A stretch of 64,000 nucleotides of DNA. It comes from Bugula neritina (lineage: Eukaryota > Animalia > Bryozoa). The translations under genes were made by a program, and so were the position numbers. Of the stretch, positions 27,401-41,200 are shown piece by piece (within the stretch, counting starts at the first letter, position 1; each line of letters opens with the position of its first letter). The notes under the pieces are model-generated. The model was not told where the DNA came from, searched no databases, and worked only from the letters and a program-made list of their open reading frames with translations. The stretch is taken from contig OZ037766.1 of NCBI GenBank assembly GCA_964035545.1, positions 20,510,767 through 20,574,766 of the forward strand, in the 5' to 3' direction.

Positions 27401-30400
27401 TTTATCTATATAATGAAAGCATGGTATTAAGTATCTTTGCCCTGATGTAGTTGTTGTCTTATGAAAACCTTGGAATCTGTGGCAACACATCAGTGAAGGT
27501 GCCTTAGTGGTTACTGTAACTGGCCTGTCATACTGCAGGTGAAGTCTCTTCTCACAGAACTGGAGGAGTTGCGTAGTCAGAGAGAAAAGAGTGGGCTGGA
27601 GTCTGATCATATTAGTAGACTGCAGAATAAGCAGATGACAGAGTTCCAGGCCAATCTTCGAGCTCTGGAGGTACTAGTCTGAGTCTATGCTCTTGTGTTG
27701 AATGCAGCTTGGCTTCTGGTGTGAAGCAGGTTTAAAGAGAAACTGTGTTTTAATTTTATCCAAGTTTGTTTGATTAGTGATTCTGTTGTGTGTTAAATGA
27801 TATTTTAGCGAAATCTGCAGTATTTTAAGTTTAACATAGTAAAGGTAGGTTATTTTGTAAATTTCGATTAGTTAATTTCTACCTCTACAGCATCATGATT
27901 CAGCTCCATCTTGGCTGGTATTTTTACAACCAGTTTCTGATCTATCTTTGTATGAATAAAAAAGTGTTGCTGTTGATATATGATAGTGCTATGTGCCAAA
28001 TTTCATTGATAAAGATTGGTACCTATATAAGAGTAGAACAATGACAGATTTGTCTTACAAAGGCCACTTGGAACCAAAAGCCCCTCGTAATATTGTTTTA
28101 ATAACATTGCCTTAACAGTGTTATTATAATTGAAAGTTCTCGACTCAATAGCAATCCACACAAATAACTTACGTCATTCCATTCAAGTGTTTTACTCTTC
28201 GCCTGTTTGAAGCCTAGAATTTAGAATATCAGGTTATGTTTTTTTCACAGTTTCTGAAAAGCAACACAGCTATATATTCTAATTTTGTAGTAACTCTTGT
28301 TTGAGGTTCTTCTGCTACCTTAATGCATTTAGTGCCATTAAAATATTGATATTGATAACATTTTTACTAAATTTGTGTACTAAATTTCAAGAGTGGATAA
28401 TGAGGATATATCAAAGCTGAATTTGATATTTTTATGAATTGCTTTTTTATCATTCTTAAACATTATATCAGAAACTATTTTAAAAATTTCATCTCAATTT
28501 TATTTCTCACTTCTTTAAAAGTAGTTGATTTTGCCCTCAAAAAATGTTAGTGGCCCGAAAAACTTTTTGCTGAAAAGTTAGATTATGGGATCCAAAGTTA
28601 CAAAAATGAAGTGTTCAGGCATTGTAGAACAGGTTTATTGAAAACCTGATGCGTTAGTTAACTTGTTGCATCAAAACACCAATTGCAGGTCATTGTAAAT
28701 TTCATTTAGAAACTGCAAATTACTATGTTTGTTTGAGTTTATTTTATGGTGAAAAAATGCTGTTTTTAAATAAAATTTTCAACTGCATTTTTATTAAATT
28801 TGCTTTTTGTAGCTATACATTTATTGTATATTACATGGGAGGTTTATTGTTATTTGAGTATATTAGTTGTGTTATGCTGATATACTAAAACATGTTCCGA
28901 ATATTGTTTGAGCGTGCTGACTTTACATAGATTGAGAAGAATACTTTACGTCAGCAGTGCGACAGCCAGGCTCGAGAGTTGTCCGTTCTTGTTGATTCAC
29001 AAACTGAGCTAAGTCGTAGACTTCACGATGAAGAGCAGAAGTCGGCAAAGTACGTAGGCTTAGTATTGTTTGGCAACATCAATAGATGTGAAGTGAAATT
29101 GTATTACTATGCTGTAATATGCTCAGTGGTTTGTAGTACTGTCCAATAGTTCTGCATTGAGTTTTTTTCTACAGTTTGCGAAATGAGTTGGAGTCAGGTA
29201 AACACAGCTTTAAACTTCAGATCACAGAATGCAAGATGGAAGCTGTAAAAAATATTGGGGCAGTCGAGAGAGAGCGAGACAGTCTACGTAGTCATGTTGA
29301 TGGTGAGTGTGACGTATTTGTATAAGCTATCAGAAAGGCTTTTTACTTTTCACACTGATATGTTTTTCACACATTAGGCCTTACATATCTAAATAAAATC
29401 TAATGGCTTCCTGAGTTTGACCTTCCTAGTTTAAAGATTCTATACGAGTATATTGCTAGCCAAAGTGATCTATTGTGTTGCTCCATGTAGCATTATACTA
29501 GAAAAATATTCACTGCAACTTAACTGTTTAATTTTTATTAGAATATAAAGGCAGCGGGTTCTCATATGTGGCAAATTTATGTTTAAAGAAAATACCCTGA
29601 TTTGAAACTTCCCTCCATTAGTAAGCGTGGGACTACATTAAACGGGTGTTACTACATGTCGCACACGATGTATTGCCAACAGCAGCAGAAGTTTGCTAGC
29701 CAATAATATTTTTCCTTGACTTTACTGCTCACCTACAGCAATTTTGTTCGCATAGCTATGTCTGCTGCGAATAGATGACTGCATATAATAAAAGACTGAT
29801 TTTGATAAAGAGTAGGCGAACTAACTCCCTAAAATGTGACCATTTTAAATATCACTCACAATTGAATGGAATAATGATTGTAAAAATGAAATGAAAAAAC
29901 CGGGCTCACTAAATAGTTATTAGCCAATTAGGTCCTGATAGCAGAAATAATCCGCACTGGTCATTCAGCATTTTCACTAATTAGAATCTGCACTAAATAG
30001 CCACTTTTTCTCGCTTGTGCGGATTTTCGTCAATGATGAGTGTGGAAATCAGTCTAATATGGCACCATGCTAATTCTGAAAACTGACTAGCTGCTATCGC
30101 CAAAGCTTAATGTTGACTGTTTTAATTCTCAAACTTATTTTTGCCTGTTTCACCTGCATGTTTTGCAATGGAATTCCCACTCTTGTACTTGTCAGATGTG
30201 AAAGCTAGACTGGAGGCGCAGACTCTGGTGATACAACAGATGGAAGAGTCTCTGAAGGCGAAGGAAAGAACATGCGCTGAGAAGATTAACATGATTAGAG
30301 AAGAAGAATTTCAGAAAGTTTCTGCCGCATCTCATGAAAAGTGTGTTTACTCTTATAGAATTGTAGAAAATGGCTTGTCTACAAATTGCAGTGTTCATAA

Positions 30401-33400
30401 ATTTGAAATAAGAGGAGTTGTACCTTCTTTATAAGTGCTTAGTTCTGCAATAATTGCTACTTTCAAGAAAATTAACTTCTAAATATTTAGCCTCAAAAAT
30501 TAAAGCACACACTATGAAGATAATTCAAAATTTAGCAAAATTGAACCACACAATTTATACTAAATAGAGGCAGGCAATAAATACCCTTCTAGTTGAAAGA
30601 AAAATCCGATTTTTGGCAATTAATTTTGGCCTTTTAAATAAATTTGTCATTTTAATGAAGCAACTGTGATGAGCAGCAAGATTTGAGGAGTAGCATTGTT
30701 TATGTTGGTGTAAATCCTTTATATAAGATTCACTTGCTCTAATATGTATTTGTTATATTTGTTTCAGCCTTGTCCCATGTAGAATCTAGAATCTGCTGTA
30801 AAATTAAGTGTCAGGAGATGGCATTCAGCCATCATATGCTATATAAAGAATGTATTGTGTATAATTTAGTTTTTTGGTTCTTCTTTAAACAGGCAAAAGC
30901 TGGAGTCACGAATACAGGCGTTAGAAAGACAGAAAGTTGAGTTTGATGAGAGACTTCATCGAGATCAACTCAGATACGAACAACAGCTTCGAGAGCAGAC
31001 AAGTCTTAAAACAGACACAGAAAAAGATGTAAATACTTTAAGGTAAGCGTTTGGCAGCAGCCATTGCACAAATATTTGATGAGTCATTGTACCTGATATT
31101 CATGAGCAGCATGTTTGCTACTCCAAAGTTGAGTCTCTCAGCCATATTGTATCTCATTTAGAGCCAAGTTACAGAACCAGACACAGCTTCAAAGTGACAT
31201 TGAATACGAAAGGTCAAAGTCAAATGATCAGCGCAACCAGATAATGAAACTGGAGGCAGAAAATGCGGCACTGCAGACCACGGAGAGTGAACTGACGGAA
31301 CTCATAAGCCATCTTCGACTCAAAGTAGTTTCACACCAGGAGGAGCTTCGGCGCTCTAAACACGTGGAGAATACTCAATCAGTCACTGCAGATAAGGTAG
31401 AGGTTTCCTGCAGACCGGAAAGTTTGCTATTCAGTAAAAGTTTCTAAACTTTAGTTGTTTTGAAGTTATTCATTTCACCAGCTTTTTTCAGTTCATGGAC
31501 TTGGTTGGTTCCCCAGATGTTCTAATACAGCTCAAACATATAAATAGTGTATATTTTAAGCAACGAGCTGAAACCAAAAACTTACTGAATGGGAGATAAG
31601 ATCTTTTACTGAACTTTACTCTAATAATAACTGCAACAATGTATGGCTGTTCTGACTCTATTTGTCAGGGTGGAGCAGTTGCACTATTCAGTGTATCCAG
31701 TGTAGTTTTAGTGTAGTTGTAGTATAGTTGTGGTGTAGTTGTAGTGTAGTTGTACCAGGCTATGTTATAGTGTAGTGTAGTTGCATTTGTAGTAGTAGTT
31801 GTACATGTAGTGTAGTTGCATTTGTAGCAGTAGTTGTACATATAGTGTAGTTGCAGTTGTAGCAGGATATGTTGCACTCCCTGTTATTTGTAGGTTCTGG
31901 CTCACCACAAAGCTGTGTGGGCTGATGAGAAGAAAGAATTAAAAAGGCGAGTAGAGGAGTTGGAGACTAAAGTAGCTGAGTCTAGGAATAACCTAGCTCG
32001 AGATACCACTGAGTTTAATAAGGTTAGTGTGCGTTGCGTTATCTCTAATCCCCTTATATTTCAATAGTTTAATTGTTGTGTACTTTAAATACTGTCTCGA
32101 TCTTTTGATATAAAATATCAAAAAATTATTTAGAAAAAGCAACTTTATTCCAAACTGGTGGACAAGTTGCGGAGGAAACTCGAGATATGTGATGCTGAGA
32201 AGCAAGAGCTTCACATACAGGTGGAGAGTGTAAAGTGAGTCGGTTACTCCTTGTCTCCCCCTTTGGCCCCATTAAGATGAGTAAATGGTGCAGTGTGTTG
32301 TGTTAATGTTGCAGTGTTCTGTGCAAATGGTACATACAACTATGTAAATGTGATATTATTTAACCCTCATCCTGGTTGCATATTATTTTCTGGGTTTTAT
32401 CTTCAAGCTTAATGTATAGTATAATGTGTTTGTATGATTGTATAGTAGTGTTTGTGTGTGACCATCTTACAAGTCATTGTGTGACTGCAGAGGATATGTG
32501 CCCCCTGAGGTGTATAACAGACTGAGAAAGGAACTGAAAGATTTGAAGTCGCGACACAGCGAGTACAAGCACATAATGCTGTCCGGAGACATTACACATA
32601 TACCCATCGGTGACAAATCATACGCCTCTGCCAGTGTTCACAACGCTAACTTTGATATCAGTCCCGATCACACGCAGGTGAGGCAAAGAGTATATGTGAG
32701 AGTGTCTTTGTATTGCCAGTTTCCTACAATACTGCACTTAAGTGGCTTGTTAGCATATCAAGTGTGGGTTCATGTGTATAATTAACAACTTTTCCACAGA
32801 GGTGAATGGTGATTAACAAGTTACTGTTTATGCTTAGTTTATATGTGATGAGTAAGGTTCCATCGGATAGATACACTTGTCTAGTATGATGCACTGAAAG
32901 GTGCATTAAGGCAGGCATTTACTTGAAGAATTTTTCCTTACACTTTAAAGACTATGTTTAAGATGAAATAAGTTGGCAGCATTCAAAATATTGTAAAACA
33001 CGAATTTCACAGCTATACACTTTGTTTCTATTACGTCGCATTATGACCGAAGTCGTGGTTGTGGTTTGCATGAACTTGTGGTTGTGGTTTCATTCCGTGC
33101 AACTGTTTCCAAACATCGAATGAAAAATCCATCGCATAAAGCTTGGAAACGTAGTGATAAACAATTGTGAGAGTTGAGATCTGGTTTTGTGTTGAAAGCT
33201 GTTGTAGTTGTGCCAGTAATGGTTTTACTATAAATTTCTTATTTGTAGGATGATACAGGCACACACTAGATTGAATTGATGCATACATGTGTTGGTTCTT
33301 GTATGTATGTTTGTTGTATATCTGTCTTCCACTCTCACAAAATAGTCACACAACTAATTGTACTACTCTTTTCTCAGTTACTTTCACGCTGTATATGTTG

Positions 33401-35022
33401 CTGCTAATTGCTAGCTGTTGCAGTGTTAGTAAACATATAGCATTGCCATGATGTACACACATGATATGGGACGTTACGTTACAAGGCTATATAATGCTTT
33501 ATAGAGTTGCATAGAATCTGTTTCATTAAACAACATAGACACAGCACCTCAGTCTTGTATAGGATGCAGTTCCCATATTATTATGTGACCAAAAAGACTT
33601 GCTGTCAAATGAAATCGGGTTGAACCTGAGCTCTACTTTTTATTTAATGGATTCAAAAACATCAATTTAGGAATGTAGGAAGATAAACCTGTACGTATAG
33701 ACTCTTACAGCCAATAGGACCGTCTGAGTATGTGCATTTTCAACAGGTTGTATTTCAATATCACTTTTAATGGGAGCAGACTTTTTAAGGTTGTAATAAT
33801 AAATCATTAAAATTAAAAGTCTGATGGTGAATTACTTTAACTTATAATTTTTGAAGTTTATTAATTGCATCCACACTATTAGGGTCTTCCGTTGGTACGG
33901 AGCAGGTTGTTTCAAATGTAAAATGATGGAACTCTTTGCTTAGTGTAACACCTCTGCTATTGCTATTCTTTTTAGTATGCTCGGTATATTTTTATTGCTT
34001 CTTATATTTTCTCCTTGTAGATGTTATGTTTTCTACACATGCTTATTTTTAAATTGGTTTCTAAAATTTATTCGCACATGATATAAATAATCAAACTAAT
34101 AAACTATGACTTTCAAAACACCTATGGTAATGAGCCACGTTAAATTTCTTGTTAGAAGATAAGCATGTGTACTAGCCATCTCTTGCTATTTCTTTACACT
34201 TCAATTTCTGTGTACACTAGAAATGCATTTTTTTCATCACAACATATTTTTTATATCAAAATGTATTTTTTTGGCCAAAATAGCAATAATAATTTTTTTA
34301 GCAACATTCACTAAAGATAATCTATGAATAAATATTTTAGTTATACTTTTAAAGTAATTTTTAGTTGAAATCTAGAATGAAGCTGTAGTACATTGTTAAC
34401 TTCAAGTTTATTCACCTCTTTACTGACTGTTTTAGTATTAACATTTTTCTATTAATCAATTTAAACTGTTTAATGAACTGTGATTGGCTAATTTTATGAT
34501 CATCAGATAGAACTTCAACAATCATTATCAATTGTATGTGTATTGAAAGTGTCATGCCACCTTTAAGCCAGTTGTATTAGTTGTTGAATACAAAATATAC
34601 CATACAAGCCATACAATAGATTCAAGATATGCCTGTTATTAGTACATATGTATTATTATTCATATAAAAGTTGCTGCATTGTATTTATTATTTCCAAAAC
34701 CTAAGGATTAGCTTCAATTGTTTAAGGAAGTTTGAAGCATATTCTATTTTAAAACTAATAATACTTTAAAGTAATTTATTTAGCTCAAGTTTGTTATATA
34801 GCAGATCAACGTGTGTTATACAAACATATCTATAATACCGTAATGTTCTATAATAGTGTAATATTATATAATTATATAATATTTTAGGAGCTGCCTGGAC
34901 TTGCCTCCCTCACTAAGAGACTAGACAGGCTGGATGCTAGCCAGAGAAGACAAATGAATGACTTTGGGGTTAAATCTCCTTCTTTGTCATCTAGTTCTAT
35001 ACCAGATGATATATCTATATAA
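24462..35022 (+). CDS. CEP83: Centrosomal protein of 83 kDa (CCDC41), centriole distal appendage coiled-coil protein; first exon not resolved
   Basis: Exons 24462-24569, 25131-25503, 25886-26036, 26369-26593, 27223-27339, 27539-27670, 28931-29049, 29175-29302, 30196-30340, 30893-31042, 31162-31396, 31894-32022, 32134-32234, 32491-32677 and 34888-35022 join in phase. LAEERQRCNKHKDNYNTLKQEH, HDFAFLKTEYEH, KHSFKLQITECKME, VPPEVYNRLRKELKDLKSRHSEY and RLDRLDASQRRQM are colinear with vertebrate CEP83 as I recall it. Confidence 0.92.
31695..31865. repeat. Degenerate GTAGT/GTT low-complexity microsatellite in a CEP83 intron
   Basis: Repeated gtgtagttgta-type units. Confidence 0.8.
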
Positions 35023-35293
35023 CTGACTACAGATCTAACTCTATACTATGTGATATGCTGATATAACCAACTCTACCTTACCTTATACTACCACTACATT
35101 TACATTATAATTATTATACTCTGTAAATAACTAGATTGTGCGATTTTCTTGTTACTATAATTATTATTCTTTTTATTTATTATCAGCTTGCTGTTTATTT
35201 TCTTCCTATCGATACTGCTGAGATATTTATGAGTACTTTTAACTCTGCGTAGCAATTTTCATTTCTGATTTTTTTTCGGCAACCAGTTTTCAC

Positions 35294-36610
35294 TCAACTA
35301 CGAGTCTTTTGAATGGTATTTTCAATTCTGTAGAGTGCTAATTTATTGTGATATTGCTTGTGAAATTGTTTTAAAATTTGAAAATGTCTTTGTGAAGTTT
35401 TAATTATCTCTAAAACTTTGTCTGACAAAAATAAAGTTTATGCAATTAGAAAAGATATTCCACTCTCTTATGACTCATAAAATTTTAAAAATATTTGCTT
35501 AGTATGGCCAAACTCTAAATTTTACTCTTTTGCATGTTTTGAATTTTAAAATAACTGTTTTTTATTTCAAAGGATCAAACTTTTAATGTATAAATTTTGG
35601 GAAACATGCTCTAGACTGTTGGCAACAATCAGAGTAACAGTCCACAACCCTGTTCACAGAGTGAATATTCAAACCCCTTTCCAGCTAAGAGTGGGGCTAC
35701 AATATTTTTCTTGCAAGATTTCAACTTGGTCAATAGAACTTTTAGCCAACAGAATTTAGTGATATAAATTTGAAAGACTGCATAGCTCCTGCTTAAATAA
35801 TTTTTTTATTTTCAATTTAAATTTCAACATGTATATAATATATAGCATATGTTTGGGTGACGAGTGGCAGGCTTCTGTCAGATGACAATGTATTGGTTTC
35901 AAGTGTTTAGCCATGCGTTTCTGTTTAAATGTTGAACTTAATTTATTAAAAGCTTCTTTATTAAAATTAACCAAATCTAATCAACTACAACTCCTGTTAA
36001 GGATTTGAGCCAGTGTAAGCAGTTAAAGTAGTCAATTGTCTAAGACCCTCACTTATAGCAGATACAAAATGTATACATGTTGCCTGAATGCCTAGATCCC
36101 ACTCTATTGTCCATTCAGATCTAATACATTATCATATATGATATTCTTTGAAGTTAAATTAATTGTATATATTATATATATTAAATGTTTTCATCATGCA
36201 TATATTATCTATGTATAATATTTTCAATTTGTACATGTATGCATGTTCTATTTTTTGCCTAATGTGGCATCTAGATTTTTATGAATACTAATTTACAACT
36301 TTGCACAACTTTATATAAAGAATATAATACATATATATTATTATACATCACTAAGCCATAAACTATATGTTATGTACATACATTACTGTTACATGATAAT
36401 GGACTACTCACCCTTCAGCCTCTGATACACTGGTAGTAAGTAGCTGCTTTCCTTTAATATGAGCGACAAGCTCGCTAAGCTGACAGGGTCACTCGGCGCT
36501 ACTGGCTCTGATGCTGAATGATTGCATTGGAATTCTCCTGCCAAAAGCAAGCTGTCACTAAGCATAGACAGTAAAATCACTAGTCCGTGTACCCAACTTC
36601 TAGACATCAT
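35294..36610 (-). CDS. Candidate small secreted protein (about 108 aa, two coding exons), unknown family
   Basis: Exon 36610-36412 has CAACATG, a signal-peptide-like MMSRSWVHGLVILLSMLSDSLLLAG and an AAGG|GTGAGT donor. Phase-matched exon 35421-35294 follows a branch point and pyrimidine tract (CTAAT...TTTATTTTTGTCAG). Minus-strand AATAAA lies near 35195. Confidence 0.5.
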
Positions 36611-38278
36611 GTTGAATCGGATGGGTTCCTTTGTGTCGATAAATTATCTGAAAACATTCAATTTAATATAACACATATTCTCATGTAATACAATCTCTTA
36701 CAATCAGATGCATTTTGAGTTGCAACTTGTACATAGATAATTTTTCTGGTGAAATCTAAGCAGCTTGAGTTGATAATATTATTTATTTTGTTACTTCAAA
36801 GGCACAGAGGTTGTTATATAGTGGGAAAATGTGTTGAGCTAGAAATACTATTTACTAGATATCAGCTACTAACTCAATTATTCTACATTGAGTATCAGCG
36901 TTGCTGAGATTCCCTACAAAGCAGCTTACTTAAAACATTACATAATAACTATAAGAAGTCCTTTAGCTGAAATGACCAGTGCTGTGTAAATTATTTTTGT
37001 TTTTTAATGTTTAACCACTGCAAACTTTACATAGTTTTGATATCATAACCAAATGATCTACAAGTTGATATACTAGGACCATTTAACAATTTATGTAGAC
37101 TAATATTTTATACAGCATACCTTTTATTGTCTATGAAATTGTTGTAATCATATTTAAATAAATGAGCTCTTACAGCAGGGAAGCTCAAATACCATGTGAT
37201 TTGTACAACAAAATTTCAAACCAACTGATTTTAGAACTCCCAAAGCTATTGAAAGTACTATATTTTTTCAATTTGTGTTGGATTTAATATTTGGTATTTT
37301 TCATAAGAATTAAGAACTTATTTTTAAGAACTAAAATTAATGAAAGCTCCATTTATATACTCGAAATACAGCCAAGCTTGATTTGACGTAATGAAAATCA
37401 CAATTTGTATGAAGTTATGTTATTTTATGATAGAACAATTATGCACGGATATTCAGAAAACCAGTGACTGCGTATCAATACCAGTCTAGAGTGAGTGATT
37501 TTGTTAAAAGATAACAGAACTCCTTGGTCATAACAACATAAAAGTTTCTAAAGTTGTTAATTTAAAACTAATATTATTTGAGAATAGTTTTACACTTACA
37601 AGATATTTGTTGCACTTAGTAACAGTCCCTCTAACTTTTGTACCTTTTATAACAATGTTTACTGTTTTACATGTTCATCCCTTCACACATTACTATAATA
37701 ATAGTATCATGATGCGCTAGCTGGTAGTGCAGTGAGTATATCCATATTATAGGTGTGTTGTTATAAACAATCTAATTTGTGTTTTATTTGCATTTTGCAA
37801 CCTTTGGCAATAATCCACTACTTACAGCAAGAAACCTTTATAGGTTAGGCATCTGGCCTATAATGCATTTACAATCATACATCTTATAGCCTTCTCTCAT
37901 TAAGGAAAGCAAAGAAAATGCTGTTATTAATATTAGAACTTGCTGAAGGTGCTACAAGTAATGTGCATTGTTTCAGACTTAATTTATTGTTTTATTGGCA
38001 GTTAATGAATCATAATTATTACAACACGTCATTACATGACGTAGTTGCACTAATTTCAATTGTTTAAAACAATTTTATCTGTTTCAAATGTTTTATCAAC
38101 ATAACGTTGGAAAAAGAATGAAAAATACATACTTTCATTTTACAAAGTTTTAAACAGCTTATTTTTGCATATGACAGCCGAAATATAATTAACTCCATGT
38201 AAAGCAAGAGAAACTAGAACCATACTCAAAAGGAAGACCATTGCAGTATATCAAATAACATCAACTAAAGTTCAAAAT

Positions 38279-41200
38279 ATGACTCACAGGGATCAAAGGT
38301 TTCTGGGGACAGAAACCAAAAAGCCGGTGTTCCGCTCTGCGTCTATTTCTACAGAGCACGATGGTAGGCACTATCATGATCATCAGTGTTCTCAGCAACA
38401 CCAGCAAGAGTTATACCCTCAACAAAATCCTCAACAACTCAATGAGGTATATGTCAATACAACTCCAGGGTTTACATTTGATAGACAAAGAGCTTGCAAG
38501 GTGAGTCATGTAATCAAAAATATCTGGGTTCTTTATAGACACTATAAACCAAACTAAATGAAAGTCTGTGCTATATTCATATCATAGTCGCTGTGTACTT
38601 AAGTATATCAAATCCTGCAGAAACTGTGTAATTCACACTGCCAAGATACGTATAAAGTAATTTATAAATCTTACATTTTCGATAAGTTTTCAAGCTTATA
38701 ACATTATTTAATTTCTTCAATTTTTGTCTTCAGTTGCCCCAACTCATTGTTGACCAACTCAAAGGATGAGCATTCATTTTATTAAAAATAAAAAAATATT
38801 TCAGCTCAAAGCTAAACTCAGCTGTACAAAATAAAACCCAGCAAATAGTTAGGCCAGTAGCAAAAAGCGAATAGCATTGCAAGGTATAGCAAATAATAAT
38901 AATAATAATAAGTAAAGTCTAATAAATAAGGTTATTGATTATTTTGCTGTTATAATATAGAACATTGTAATGTATTTTTAATAATTAAAGAAAATAACTA
39001 TATTCCACAAACCAAATACCATAAGTCATAACAACTTGAATTTGAAACTGAAAGTTGGTAATTGTAATTTCCATTTATATAATTTTTTTAGAAGATGCTT
39101 GTACATGTTGTAAAGCCATCGATTAGGCCTGAACTCATTCCTAATCCTAAATATAAATATGCCACAGAGGCCTCAAATAAAAGTAATTCTCTACTGACAG
39201 CAGAAAATATAGTTCACCTGCCATTGGCTGTTACTCATCGCCATTGTCAAACAGAGCCAGAGTCTGCCTGTCTTTCTATATGCACACAAACAAGGGTAAG
39301 GTTAAAGCCTCTAGTATTTAATGCATAGATGTTGTAGCTATTTTAATATAGTGCAACCTTAAAAATGTTGGCATGTTTAACCAATTTTAATCCTCTTTCA
39401 ATCAAAAAATACATTCAACAACAGGTTGCTTCAACTAGATTAGTTACACCAAACTCTTATAATTTGACAGAACAGAACTTATAAACAGATTAAGCTGTAA
39501 TCATGTTATGGGGTAGCGACGCTTAACTGCCACAACACCTGACAGCTTAGAGATGCTCTCTCATTGCCCTCTAGGTGCATGAGTATTTAAGGTCTGCTTT
39601 AGAAATCTTGATCTTATATAAATATATACAGACAAGGTTTTACATGGGTTGTAACAGGGCAACAAAAAAGCCTAATACAGGCCCTTTTTGCAGAGCTCAA
39701 CGCAGTTAAGTCAGAAAGGTGGGCAACACTTGTGTTCATTAAATATTAGTAATCACTGCAAACCTTTTCAAAACCTCAGTAAACTTTAGGAAAGAGACAG
39801 CAATATGTTAATTTTACTGTGGTTGTATATCTGTAACGCAGAAGGAGGTGCAAGATGTTGCTACTCCATGCGAATCAGCTACAGCCATACCTACAGATCA
39901 CAACATCTGTACAAATACACACAATGCCTTACCTCCAGCTTCTTTCAGAGATCCTTCCAGGTTTCTATATAATTACATGTTTTCCTATGTTTCAAAGAGT
40001 CTCTTGTATAATTATATGGAAGTTTCTTTTTAGCTATGAGTTTACAATGAATAGTTTGCCAGTAGATTACAATGTTTAATAGGTATTGGGTACCAGTGCC
40101 AGGTCTAACTTCACGTATACTGTACACACTAATAACATTTCAGTTTAAAAATATACCTGTAAAACATTATCTCATCAGAAACCCATGTTTTGTGAAATGA
40201 AGCATTCACTAATAAATCAGCTGCAGGTTGAAAATTCACCTCTGCCAACTGTCTTGTAAGATGTTTCAAAATCATGAACTCTCATCAAGTAAATTACACC
40301 ACTCTGCTTGCATGATGAACCTTCTAAATCATGCCGTATTATAGTTCACACACTAAAGCCTTTCATACTAAAATACACTGAGTAATGTGTAACTTCAGAG
40401 GCTCTTAACTTACCTAGATTTCCTGCATGGGTATTAGTCAATATAATTACCCTGCCTTTGAGGCATGCAAATGAAAAGCATTATTCCCTGGTGGATATTT
40501 TTCCTGTTGCTATTGGGTACACTAATGAACTAGTATAGTTCTCTGTGTTTAGGAAGTCGATTTTACAACATGAAAAGCACGTGAAAGCATGTAAAAAAAA
40601 GTTTTATACTTAATAGTATAATCATGAATATTTTATAATTCATTTCATGTAAAACAGCAATCGTTAAGCAAATTAAATAACTAACCAATACGTTATAGCG
40701 TTTTATACTTTTTATGATTAACATTACTTAATTTCATATGACAGCAGTTTTACTATGCAGCTATCTATAAATAATCTCTCTGATATTATATGATATAATA
40801 ATACCTAATATAAAATTACAAAGTATAATTATAATAATCTGCATGTTATAGGGCTCATGTGCTGTTGATATCTCAAAATTTACATCGGTAACCTGCTTTC
40901 ACAAAACAGCAAACATTTAAGGAATAAATTCTTATCATGGCCAACCAGTCAACTGTACTTGACTTGCAAACATTAATACACAATAAATATCCTTCTGACT
41001 GGTTACACTTGATGAGTCATTACCCTAATAGCCATTTAATGAAGGACTTGGAGTTCGAACTTAGATCATATTCACTAATCACAAGTATTTAAATGGGCTC
41101 TGGTGCTATCTACTTGCATGCTTTTCACTTACATACATGGCCAATCACATACTATTTTTATAATGTCACTAATCTACTTTTGATTTTTCATTCATTGTAG

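Noticed and set aside
27900-30130. CpG-richer intronic blocks in CEP83 (about 27900-28640 and 29550-30130), probably transposon relics
   Set aside because: I could not define TIRs or TSDs by eye.
35195-35296. In-frame TGA followed by about 30 open codons (selenocysteine or read-through?)
   Set aside because: No SECIS-like structure recognised, and an open stretch this short can arise by chance.
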